DNA of 64,000 bases, taken from an uncultured Gammaproteobacteria bacterium. GTDB taxonomy: Bacteria > Pseudomonadota > Gammaproteobacteria > Natronospirales > JAJUFS01. The stretch is taken from positions 53,335 through 117,334 of the forward strand of contig CAZRFE010000001.1 of NCBI GenBank assembly GCA_964599565.1, given 5' to 3'. A program made the translations under genes and the position numbers. The notes under the pieces were generated by a model. The model searched no databases. It had not been told where the DNA came from and saw only the letters and a list, made by a program, of their open reading frames with translations. How positions within the stretch are numbered: the stretch's first letter is position 1; each line of letters begins with the position of its first letter. Shown piece after piece: positions 9,892-18,035 of the stretch.

Positions 9892-12459
9892 TCACGCAGT
9901 TTCCTTCCGTCTCGCCCGCGCGCCGCGCCGCGCGGTCACCGGCACGTTCTGCGTGAACCACTCGCCGCATTCGTCTGCCGGCAGCGGCGGGCTGAACAGG
10001 TATCCCTGCATCAGCACGCAGCCTTCATTCCGTATCCACTGCAGCTGCGCTTCGTTTTCCACGCCTTCCGCGATGACCTGGAGCTTCAGCGAGCGCGCAA
10101 GCCCGATGGTGGCCTTCGCGATGGCCGCATCATGCGCATCGAGATGGATGTCGCGCACGAACGAGCGGTCGATCTTGATGATGTCGACAGGGAAACGCTT
10201 GAGATAGCTCAGCGATGAATTACCCGTGCCGAAGTCATCCAGTGCAAGCTTGCAACCGAGCGCCTTGAGATCTTCGAGCAGCACGAGCGTGGACTGTCCT
10301 TCACCGACAGCGAGGCTCTCGGTGATCTCGAGCAACAGCGCGCTTGCCGGCAGTCCCGTTTCGGCGAGCACGTCCTTCACGAGCTCTGGCACGTTGCGGA
10401 TGATGAACTGTCCGACCGACAGGTTCACCGCGATATGGAAATCCTCGTGGTACTGCGCGCGCCAGATGCACGCCTGGCGGCAGGCCTCGCGCAGCACCCA
10501 TTCGCCGATCTGCGGAATGAGGCCGGTTTCCTCGGCAAGCGGAATGAATTCGTTGGGCGACACCAGCCCTTTCGTCGGGTGCCGCCAGCGCACCAGCGCT
10601 TCCATCCCGACCGTCCTGCCGGACTCGGTATCGATCTGCGGCTGGTAGACCAGCAGGAACTCGTTTCGCTGCAGCGCCTTGCGCAGATCGGTCTCGCGCT
10701 CCAGCCGCTCCATCGCCTGCTCGTGCATGTCGCGCGTGAAGAACTGGTAGCTGTTGCGGCCGCTCTTCTTCGCGCGGTACATCGCGGTGTCCGCATTCTG
10801 CAGCAGCACCTCCGCGTCGGTGCCGTCATTGGGGTAATGCGCGATGCCGATGGAACATGTCAGCGTGACTTCGTTCTGCGAAAGCATCAGCGGTTCGGCG
10901 ACCGTCTCCAGGATGCGCTCGCAGACCGAGATGACGGTATCAAGATCGTCCAGGTCGTCGAGGATGACCGTGAACTCGTCGCCGCCGAGCCGCGCGACGG
11001 TGTCCGACTTTCGCACGCAGCGCATGAGCCGTTTCGCGATCGCACGCAGCACGCGATCGCCAACGCCGTGACCCAGCGAATCGTTGATTCCCTTGAACCG
11101 GTCCACGTCCACGAACAGGAGCGCGATCTCGCGATTCGAACGCTGCGCCTTGATGAGTGCATGCGACAGCCGGTCATGGAACATCGCGCGGTTCGGCAAT
11201 GCCGTGAGCGGGTCGTAGTTCGCGAGATGGCGCAACTGGTCCTGCGCCTGCTGCCGTCCTGACGCTGCAAGCGCGAGCGAAAGAAAATCCGACAGCGAGC
11301 TTGCGAACATGCGTTCATCGCGCGTCCACTGCCGCGGCCGGCCGACGTGCTCCATCACGATCACGCCGCGCACCTTTCCGCCCTGGCGAAACGCGGCACC
11401 GAGTATCGCGCTCACGCGGTACGGCGAAAGATAGTTCGGCAGGAACGCAAGCACGCGCTTGTCGTTCCCGGTATCCGTCACCGCGAACGTGCGCGTACGC
11501 TCGAGCCGTCGAAAATGTCCCGACCGCGCACCGGTGCCGAGCCGGATGCCGGGCGAGGTGTCGTGGTAGCCGTTGTCGTACAGATGAACGCAACGGAATT
11601 CCTCGAAGCCGCCATCGCAGAACCAGACGCTCACGCGCGTGCAGTTGATGGCCTGCGCAGCCTTCTCCGATACGGCATGCAGCGCGCGCGGCAGGTCGCC
11701 CGAGGAAATCGCGTCTTCCTTTGCGAGATCGAGTAGCACGTAGCTCTGCTTGCGTCCGCGCCGCTCACCGCGCCGCAAGGTGTCTTCCGCGTTGATGCGC
11801 GTCGTCACTTCCGCATCGAATTCCTCCGCCATCTCCGCGTAAGCGAACCGCGTGTGAAACGCCTCGAGCGTGTCGTTGTATACGCGTCGCGCAACGACCG
11901 CGAGCATTCCGGCCACGAGAATGCTCGTGGCACCCGTCATGACGGCGACGGGATCGGGATGCATCAGCAGCGTCGCGGCGAGCGGCAGAACGGCGAACAT
12001 CACGAACGCGAAGTAGCTGCGGTAATCGGCGGCAAGCAGTGGAACGGCAATGGCGGCGACACCCACCAGCACGACGGCGAGCAGCACCTGGTGAATGACG
12101 GAGTGTGCGGGAAACAGCGCGAGGCCTGCAGCGCCCCAGCACAGCGCTGTAGGAACACTGCCGATGCGAAAGATGCGGAGCCAGCGCGCCGCGCGTTCGG
12201 CTGGGATGTGCGAATGATGAAAGTACATCGCGACCAGCAGTTGCGCGATCTCGATCGCAACGAACGCCGCAGCCCAGGTGACGACATGCAATGCGACAGC
12301 AACTTCACGGTAGAGCGCGGCGAGGAGCACGATGACGCCAACGGACATCACATGGATACCGCGTGCGTGAAGGAACAGCAGGTTGACGCGTTCGGCGAGC
12401 GTCTTGCTCTCGATCTCTGGAGTACTGAATCGCGGGTTGCTGGTGGTTGCGATGGCCAT
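9892..12459 (-). CDS. membrane sensor GAF-GGDEF-EAL protein (c-di-GMP turnover)
   Basis: Polytopic N-terminus with about 6 hydrophobic helices, then a GAF-like region. GGDEF domain has an RxxD I-site (RKSDTVARLGGDEF). EAL domain shows LLLEITES and DDFGTGNSSL. RBS GGAGGA. Confidence 0.9.
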   Translation of the reverse strand: MAIATTSNPRFSTPEIESKTLAERVNLLFLHARGIHVMSVGVIVLLAALYREVAVALHVVTWAAAFVAIEIAQLLVAMYFHHSHIPAERAARWLRIFRIGSVPTALCWGAAGLALFPAHSVIHQVLLAVVLVGVAAIAVPLLAADYRSYFAFVMFAVLPLAATLLMHPDPVAVMTGATSILVAGMLAVVARRVYNDTLEAFHTRFAYAEMAEEFDAEVTTRINAEDTLRRGERRGRKQSYVLLDLAKEDAISSGDLPRALHAVSEKAAQAINCTRVSVWFCDGGFEEFRCVHLYDNGYHDTSPGIRLGTGARSGHFRRLERTRTFAVTDTGNDKRVLAFLPNYLSPYRVSAILGAAFRQGGKVRGVIVMEHVGRPRQWTRDERMFASSLSDFLSLALAASGRQQAQDQLRHLANYDPLTALPNRAMFHDRLSHALIKAQRSNREIALLFVDVDRFKGINDSLGHGVGDRVLRAIAKRLMRCVRKSDTVARLGGDEFTVILDDLDDLDTVISVCERILETVAEPLMLSQNEVTLTCSIGIAHYPNDGTDAEVLLQNADTAMYRAKKSGRNSYQFFTRDMHEQAMERLERETDLRKALQRNEFLLVYQPQIDTESGRTVGMEALVRWRHPTKGLVSPNEFIPLAEETGLIPQIGEWVLREACRQACIWRAQYHEDFHIAVNLSVGQFIIRNVPELVKDVLAETGLPASALLLEITESLAVGEGQSTLVLLEDLKALGCKLALDDFGTGNSSLSYLKRFPVDIIKIDRSFVRDIHLDAHDAAIAKATIGLARSLKLQVIAEGVENEAQLQWIRNEGCVLMQGYLFSPPLPADECGEWFTQNVPVTARRGARARRKETA

Positions 12460-12619
12460 CCGGCGCGTCCTCCATGAAACGGGGGAGTGCCCTCTTCAGC
12501 ATCGCGGTTCACAACACCTGGCGTCCCCCCGGTACCGCCAGTCTTATGTGAAGTCTAGACGAATTACATCTCCTGCAACATGCTTGCGATAACTTTCATG
12601 CACGGCTTAATCTCGCGAA

Positions 12620-12985
12620 ATGCGGACAAGAATCTCATTCGCAATTCTGATCTGCCTGTCGGCGTCCCAAGGTTGCCAGTGGCTTGCGCAGATCGACAGC
12701 AATCGCAACGTCGAACAGGCACGGCTCGACGACGACGCTTGCCAGGATCGCGGTTATCGCTGGCCGGGCGATGCCTACACGGAGTGCCGCCGGCAACTTG
12801 CCGACGCGCGTCAGCGCGAGCAATGGCAGGAGCTGCAGATGTCACGCCAGCAAGGCGCGCCCGAAGTCGGCATCCGTCCGCAAAGTCCTCTCGAACCTTA
12901 TCGCCCGATTCACGAAGCGCGTTTCCGCTGCGACGACAGGCTGGATGAGAATGGCGTGGTGTACGTGGAGTGCGCGGAAGAATAG
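12620..12985 (+). CDS. hypothetical small secreted Cys-containing protein
   Basis: 121 aa with an N-terminal hydrophobic signal-like segment (FAILICLSASQGC) and GC3-rich codons. A strong hairpin follows. No family recognised. Confidence 0.45.
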   Translation: MRTRISFAILICLSASQGCQWLAQIDSNRNVEQARLDDDACQDRGYRWPGDAYTECRRQLADARQREQWQELQMSRQQGAPEVGIRPQSPLEPYRPIHEARFRCDDRLDENGVVYVECAEE

Positions 12986-13004
12986 AAAACACCGGTTGAA
13001 CGCA

Positions 13005-13029
13005 AGAAGCCGCGCAATGCGCGGCTTCT
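13005..13029. terminator. strong hairpin between convergent genes (putative terminator)
   Basis: 11-bp stem AGAAGCCGCGC-aat-GCGCGGCTTCT. The U-tract is weak. Confidence 0.5.
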
Positions 13030-13055
13030 GCTTCTTCAGATTGAACGTGAACGCA

Positions 13056-14048
13056 TCACTCTTTCACGATCTTCAGGATCGCATCCCGCCCTTCATCTGC
13101 GACCTTCTGCGCGATCGCTTCCTGCATGCGCATGCGCGCGGTATCCGCATCGGTTGCGCTTTCCTTGATCTCCCAGCGTTGCTGGCCCAGCGAGCGGCCA
13201 TCGGGACCCGTGACATCGAGCACCGCGATGGCGCGCAGCCAGTGCCAGCCGCTGCGCTTGCTCGCGGATTCATCGACATCAAGACGCGCGATGTATTCAC
13301 CCGACGGACTCACCGTGAAACCGGAATCCGCGAGCTGGCCGGAAAGCAGCGCGACCCACGGCTGCTCGCCATCGACGCGAAGGCTGATGCGCGACAGCGC
13401 AGTCGCGGCATCCGCTTCAAGCTGCGCGAGCGGCCAGCGCGGTGCAATCCCGCCGCCGGCCGGCGCGACGGCGCTCAGCATGTCGTCGAGCGCTGCACGG
13501 CGGCGCTGGTTCTCGACAACTGCAAGCGCGAGCTGCGCGCGCGTGAATGCATCCGTCGCGACGCGTGCGCGGTTCATCACCGTTTCCGCCGCCGCATCCA
13601 GCGCGCTCACGTCCTGGCGCAGGCGCGAAGCGGCCTGCGCACGATTCAGCACCGCAAGCGCGTAGTGGCGCTTCGTCTGCGGATCCTGCCAGGTCTGCGG
13701 AACCGTCACGCCTTCCAGCACCTGCTCGGTGCGCAGGCTGAGATCGCGGCGAACGTCCGCGGAATATTCGCTGCCCGCGCCGCTGTCATTTTCATGCGCG
13801 CTGTAGCGCTGCGTGTCCTCGGAGGTTTCGTTCACCGTCACGCGGAATGTCTTGGCAAGATCCGCGCGTGCACGATCGCGCGCGCCGGCGAGATCGTCTG
13901 CGCTGCCGATGCCTGTCAGGTACGCGCTTGCCGGATAGCCGGCGTCCGCGCCGCTGATCCAGTCCGGACGCGCATCGCGATCACGGCCGGTCGCGCACGC
14001 TGCAAGCAGCAGCGCGGCAACGCCGGCAATCAATAGGCGAATGTTCAT
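13056..14048 (-). CDS. LPP20-domain lipoprotein (long form)
   Basis: Start MNIRLL with RBS GGGGAGAA. Lipobox LLLAAC. N-terminal LPP20-like pattern PDWI...YLTGIGSA...ARDRARADLAK. The roughly 200-aa C-terminal region is of unknown family. Confidence 0.65.
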   Translation of the reverse strand: MNIRLLIAGVAALLLAACATGRDRDARPDWISGADAGYPASAYLTGIGSADDLAGARDRARADLAKTFRVTVNETSEDTQRYSAHENDSGAGSEYSADVRRDLSLRTEQVLEGVTVPQTWQDPQTKRHYALAVLNRAQAASRLRQDVSALDAAAETVMNRARVATDAFTRAQLALAVVENQRRRAALDDMLSAVAPAGGGIAPRWPLAQLEADAATALSRISLRVDGEQPWVALLSGQLADSGFTVSPSGEYIARLDVDESASKRSGWHWLRAIAVLDVTGPDGRSLGQQRWEIKESATDADTARMRMQEAIAQKVADEGRDAILKIVKE

Positions 14049-14062
14049 GATGTTCTCCCCCG

Positions 14063-15361
14063 TCAATAGGAAACACGATGCACGCCGGCAACCACCGGCC
14101 GGCGCGTTGAAACGTTGACCGACCCCATGTCCCGGCTTTCGAGCGCGCCGCCACCCGCGCCGACGAACTCGACGCGCAGATGATGCTCGCCCGGCGGCAG
14201 TGTTGCACGCAGGAGGTAGATTGCATCGGGCAGCGTGCTCCAGCTGCGCGTATCCGCGTTCTCGAGCACCGCGGATGCGAAGTTGAGCAGGAACTCCATG
14301 CCCTGACTGTTCTCTCCCGCCTCGTTCGCCACACGATTCTTCACGATGTTGCGCGCGATGGAACGCGCGATCAGTCCCGGCAGTTCGTCGTCGAGCGCGC
14401 GCTGCGCCGCGGCCGAAAGATCCTCCACCCGTTCCGCACGCCCGATCTCATGCTGGTCCTCGACAAGCACGACGCGCCGCGCGCTGCCCGAACGCTCGCG
14501 AAGCGCGGGCAACGAGATGCGATAGAACTTTCCGCTCGTGATGTCCTGGTGCAGGCTTGATACCTCGTAACGCTGTGGCACGAGTCCCGTCGTTGCAACC
14601 ACGATCACTTCACCGGCGGAACGCTTCGCGAGCGCTTCCGCCTGCGCGTTGCGGTCTTCGCCGAAGCGCTTCACGTAGGCATCGTGTTCCGCATCAAGAC
14701 CCACCCGATCCGTGAGCATCAGCAGGCGCAGCTGCAGATCTTCCGGCACGCGGCCCAGCGCGCCGTTGCGATCGTAGGCTTCCAGCGCCTTGCGGTATGC
14801 AATCAGCGCGTTGTCGTCTTCCTGCAATCCTTCGAAGATGATGCCTGACAGGTAACGCGCGAACGCATCGCCGCCTTCCGGTGCAACGCCGTCGTACTCA
14901 CGCCGCAACAGAAGGTCGATCTGCAGCGCTTCGACGCGCGCGCCATCCCAGTTGCCGAGTTCGAGCTGGTTGATGGCCTGCAGGACATGCAGCTGCAGGC
15001 GCTCGAACGGCCTCGGCTGGTAGCTTGTCGTGCCTTCCGCGAGCGCGAATCGTCCGGCGGTTTCGCTGATGCTTGTCGCTTCCTGGTAGATCATCAGCGG
15101 CTTCGCGGCCTCGAACGCCGCGACGCTTCCCGCGATATCGCCGTTCATGCGCAACAACATGCCCTTGCTGATGTAATACAGCGCTTCATTGCGAAACCCG
15201 GCATCGAGCTGATCGAGACGCGCGAGCGCATCCGCGGGGCGTCCCTGCTGGAGCGCGAGTTCGACGTCGCGCAGCGCATGCCCGTACATCGCGCACGCGC
15301 CAAGCAGCGCGCACATCGCAACAACCGCGCCGCAGCCGGCCATCCGCCACGCGAAACGCAT
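14063..15361 (-). CDS. TPR-like lipoprotein (COG3014-like, uncharacterised)
   Basis: Lipobox ALLGAC. Helical-repeat N-terminal half. The assignment to COG3014 is from memory and is tentative. Confidence 0.6.
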   Translation of the reverse strand: MRFAWRMAGCGAVVAMCALLGACAMYGHALRDVELALQQGRPADALARLDQLDAGFRNEALYYISKGMLLRMNGDIAGSVAAFEAAKPLMIYQEATSISETAGRFALAEGTTSYQPRPFERLQLHVLQAINQLELGNWDGARVEALQIDLLLRREYDGVAPEGGDAFARYLSGIIFEGLQEDDNALIAYRKALEAYDRNGALGRVPEDLQLRLLMLTDRVGLDAEHDAYVKRFGEDRNAQAEALAKRSAGEVIVVATTGLVPQRYEVSSLHQDITSGKFYRISLPALRERSGSARRVVLVEDQHEIGRAERVEDLSAAAQRALDDELPGLIARSIARNIVKNRVANEAGENSQGMEFLLNFASAVLENADTRSWSTLPDAIYLLRATLPPGEHHLRVEFVGAGGGALESRDMGSVNVSTRRPVVAGVHRVSY

Positions 15362-15381
15362 CGTGCGTCACACCGCGATCG

Positions 15382-15996
15382 TCACGGGCGGAAGCTGCCG
15401 CGCGCGATGTCCTTCTTGATCTTCTTCTGGCCGATCCACACCTTGCGGTTGTCCGCCATGCTGATCAGTTCGAGATCGACCTGGTAGAACACCACCTGCC
15501 GCTTGCCTTCCGCATCGATGATGGTGTTGATGCTGCCGTTGAGCATGTAGTCCGCCCCAAGCTCGCGCCCCATCGCGTTTCGCGTCTGCTCGCTTGCATG
15601 CACGTCCTGGTCCGCGCGCTCCTCGCGCACGGAGCCGCGCTCGCTGCGGCTCGCAACGAAATCCACGCGCCCGGAATTGATCATCGCGCGCTCGATGTCC
15701 TTGATGAACGTCTGCACGTTGATGTGTTCATGGCTGAGGTTGCGCACGTCGCCGACGATCACCGCCGGCTGGCCGCCTTCGCGCGAGCGATGCTGGTCGA
15801 TCCACGGACGTGCAAGCATGTCGGCGATCATTTCCTCGGAAACAAGGCGCGAATCGGTATCGTTCCACTGTCCGCTGAGATCCGTGGTGCTGCCCGGATC
15901 AATGCGCTCGACCTTCGTCGAGCTGCACGCGGCAAGCGCGATGCAGGCGGCGGCAATGACGGCAAATGCGCGGGTTTGTTCAAGTCGCATGATCAT
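15382..15996 (-). CDS. LpoB-like (COG3417) lipoprotein, putative penicillin-binding protein activator
   Basis: Lipobox ALAACS. Pattern W.D.D......M...L......VIVGDV.N.S......F.......GADYML.G.I....Y....L......K.W matches the LpoB family. Confidence 0.7.
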   Translation of the reverse strand: MIMRLEQTRAFAVIAAACIALAACSSTKVERIDPGSTTDLSGQWNDTDSRLVSEEMIADMLARPWIDQHRSREGGQPAVIVGDVRNLSHEHINVQTFIKDIERAMINSGRVDFVASRSERGSVREERADQDVHASEQTRNAMGRELGADYMLNGSINTIIDAEGKRQVVFYQVDLELISMADNRKVWIGQKKIKKDIARGSFRP

Positions 15997-16559
15997 TTCT
16001 CCTCCGTGAAGCGGTCGAACAGCGTGTCGCCGTGCTGCGCGAAATGGTTCTGCAGCCCGTCGTGCATCTGGTTGGCGGACCCGACAATGCGTTTCACGCG
16101 CTCGAGATCCAGCTCCGCCTGGCTGTAGACCGTGCCGGTTTCCGGGTCGCGCCAGCGGCCGATGATCTCGGTACCGCTCATGTTGAGCCGCGTGATGTTT
16201 TCGACGGAACGCGAGATTGCCTGCTCATCGACCGTGTTCGCGCCCGATCCTGCCGTCGCGACGTAATCCTGCGAGACGACATGCATGAACGACGACAGCA
16301 CGCGCGCGACTTCTGCCCGTGCGCGGTCGTCTGCCGTGGCGCGCTGCAGTTGCTCATCGCGCATCTTCGGCGCGGAACCCATGCCGTGAATGAGGCGGCC
16401 GTCCTGGTTGTTCAGCGCCTGCGAACCTTCGTTCACCCAGTCGGGCGCATCTTCAATGCCGAGATCGCTTTCGATTTCAGTGCGTCCGCCGGCGCAGGCG
16501 GCGAGCCCTGCACCGAGCAGGCAGACAAGGAAAAATTGCGGCAAACGTTTGACGTGCAT
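15993..16559 (-). CDS. LPP20 family lipoprotein
   Basis: Start MHVKRLPQFF. Lipobox GLAACAG. Motifs APDWVNEGS...HGMGSA...A..RARAEVARV. Its stop overlaps the start of the next gene (ATGA). Confidence 0.7.
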   Translation of the reverse strand: MHVKRLPQFFLVCLLGAGLAACAGGRTEIESDLGIEDAPDWVNEGSQALNNQDGRLIHGMGSAPKMRDEQLQRATADDRARAEVARVLSSFMHVVSQDYVATAGSGANTVDEQAISRSVENITRLNMSGTEIIGRWRDPETGTVYSQAELDLERVKRIVGSANQMHDGLQNHFAQHGDTLFDRFTEEK

Positions 16560-16675
16560 GGCAGGCCTCCTCGGGAACCGCGCGGTCGTGTGCCGGGCGG
16601 CGGTCATTTATTGTCGCGACAGTTTACGTTCTCTCGGCAAAGCTGGCACTCATCCCACAAGAATTCACCATTTCC

Positions 16676-17020
16676 TCACTCCGGGCCCCACAGCGCGGCA
16701 TCCAGGTCCTTTTCCCGCCACCCGAAGAACCGGGACGGGACGCGGCCGCCGACCAGTGTCACGCGCTCCTTCGCGAGCCTTGCCACCTGCTCGGCATACG
16801 GCGCGCTGCCTTCGGGGAAGGCGGGCCGGCCGTCGGCGCGAAGCACGCGATGCCACGGCAGCCGCGCGGTTGCAGACGATTCGCGCAGCATCCGGCCGAC
16901 GAGGCGTGCACGTCCCGGCAGCCCGGCCTTGCACGCGACCTCCCCGTACGCGGCGACGCGGCCGCGCGGAATCGCGCGGATGGCCGCGAAGATGGCGGAT
17001 TGGACGGCGTCGGGAGACAT
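16676..17020 (-). CDS. atl: alkyltransferase-like (ATL) protein, MGMT DNA-binding domain family
   Basis: IPRGRVAAYGEVA helix-turn-helix. The active-site position reads PWHRV, with Trp in place of the MGMT cysteine, as in E. coli YbaZ/Atl. Confidence 0.8.
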   Translation of the reverse strand: MSPDAVQSAIFAAIRAIPRGRVAAYGEVACKAGLPGRARLVGRMLRESSATARLPWHRVLRADGRPAFPEGSAPYAEQVARLAKERVTLVGGRVPSRFFGWREKDLDAALWGPE

Positions 17021-17149
17021 GGCGCGCAGGTTACCAGCGCGCACTCCTTATTAAGAGCGCGCCATCGCGAAAATTTACACGGCTGCCGGAATTCCGCCTG
17101 CCGTAAGTTGCTGTTCTGAAAAGCTTTAGGGTATTTAACCGATATTCGA

Positions 17150-17161
17150 GAAGCATGCTTC
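17150..17161. promoter_or_regulatory. 12-bp perfect palindrome upstream of small ORF P1
   Basis: GAAGCATGCTTC lies about 40 bp upstream of the ATG at 17201, in a lower-GC intergenic stretch. Confidence 0.25.
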
Positions 17162-17200
17162 GGGGTAAACAGTCTCTCAAAGGAGACACAGGCAGATGTC

Positions 17201-17548
17201 ATGAACCGGCAAATTCCGCCTATCGAATGCCTCGCACTTGCGCGCCAGGCGAACGACGCGCGCGCAACGCTTGCCGCTCCCCCGCATCCAGGCCGTTGCT
17301 TCCTGGTCCAGGCCCGCTTCGTCGGGCGCATGCCGTTTCGCATTGCGAGCCTTGCGCAGGACAACGACCTGTACCTCGGCCGTCGCGGCCAGTGGTGTTC
17401 ACGCGCAAAGGCCTTGCGTTTCAGGACGCGTGCCGCCGCGGAACGCGCCCTGCACGACAAGTGGATCCGGCTTCGAGATGCGGGAAACCGCTCCGTCATC
17501 CTCTCGATCATCCAGCCGCTGACCTGCATTGCGCAGTCCTCGCACTGA
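17201..17548 (+). CDS. hypothetical small protein P1 (paralog of P2)
   Basis: 115 aa. The C-terminal 70 aa align with the convergent ORF 17563..17805 at 41 of 70 identical positions by eye. The DNA is much more diverged than the protein. Confidence 0.6.
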   Translation: MNRQIPPIECLALARQANDARATLAAPPHPGRCFLVQARFVGRMPFRIASLAQDNDLYLGRRGQWCSRAKALRFRTRAAAERALHDKWIRLRDAGNRSVILSIIQPLTCIAQSSH

Positions 17549-17562
17549 ATCAACCGTCGAAT

Positions 17563-17805
17563 TCACGCCTTCACGACGCTCAGGATCACCGACTTGCTGC
17601 CCGTGTTGCGCAGGCGGTTCCATTTTTCCTGCAGCGCGCGTTCCGCCGCTTCGCGGGTGCGGAATGTCAGCGCCTTTTCACGCGATGCCCATTGTCCGCG
17701 ATGTCCAAGGTAGATGGCGTTCATGTCTGCCAGCGATTCGAGGTTCGTGCGAACGCCATCCACGAACCTTGCACGTATCGCGTATTGAACGGCCCGTTTC
17801 GTCAC
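17563..17805 (-). CDS. hypothetical small protein P2 (paralog of P1)
   Basis: 80 aa. GTG start preceded by AAGGAGG about 10 nt upstream. Shares the YLG.RGQW.SR.KAL.FRTR.AAERAL..KW.RLR..G..SVILS core with P1. Confidence 0.65.
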   Translation of the reverse strand: MTKRAVQYAIRARFVDGVRTNLESLADMNAIYLGHRGQWASREKALTFRTREAAERALQEKWNRLRNTGSKSVILSVVKA

Positions 17806-18035
17806 CGCCTCCGGCCCTCCTTCACACTCTAATAATGGTTATCACTTTCGCGCGCAGCATGAATCAGGCGCGAACGCGTTACCTATAGGTGAATGCATTT
17901 AACGCGAACTTTCCGTGACAGAGTTGGTGCGAACGTTGCAAACCGGAAATGAAAACGGGAAGTGCGCGCTCACTTGTTTTCCGCGAACGCAGCAAGATGG
18001 AAGTGATGCGCCGTCATGATGACGGCGCGCAAAGG

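Noticed and set aside
12684-14036. 450-aa plus-strand ORF
   Set aside because: It is antisense to the LPP20-domain lipoprotein gene and out of frame with the small ORF 12620..12985. Its translation is Arg/Ala-rich with no motifs.
17045-18035. Direct repeat of the tRNA-Thr 3' end (att site) at the far side of the hipBA/DUF1028/P1-P2 stretch
   Set aside because: Only trivial 6-7-nt matches to TGGTGCCGACGCGCAGAGTCGAAC were seen (for example ttggtgcgaac near 17925). This is not enough to call an integrated element.
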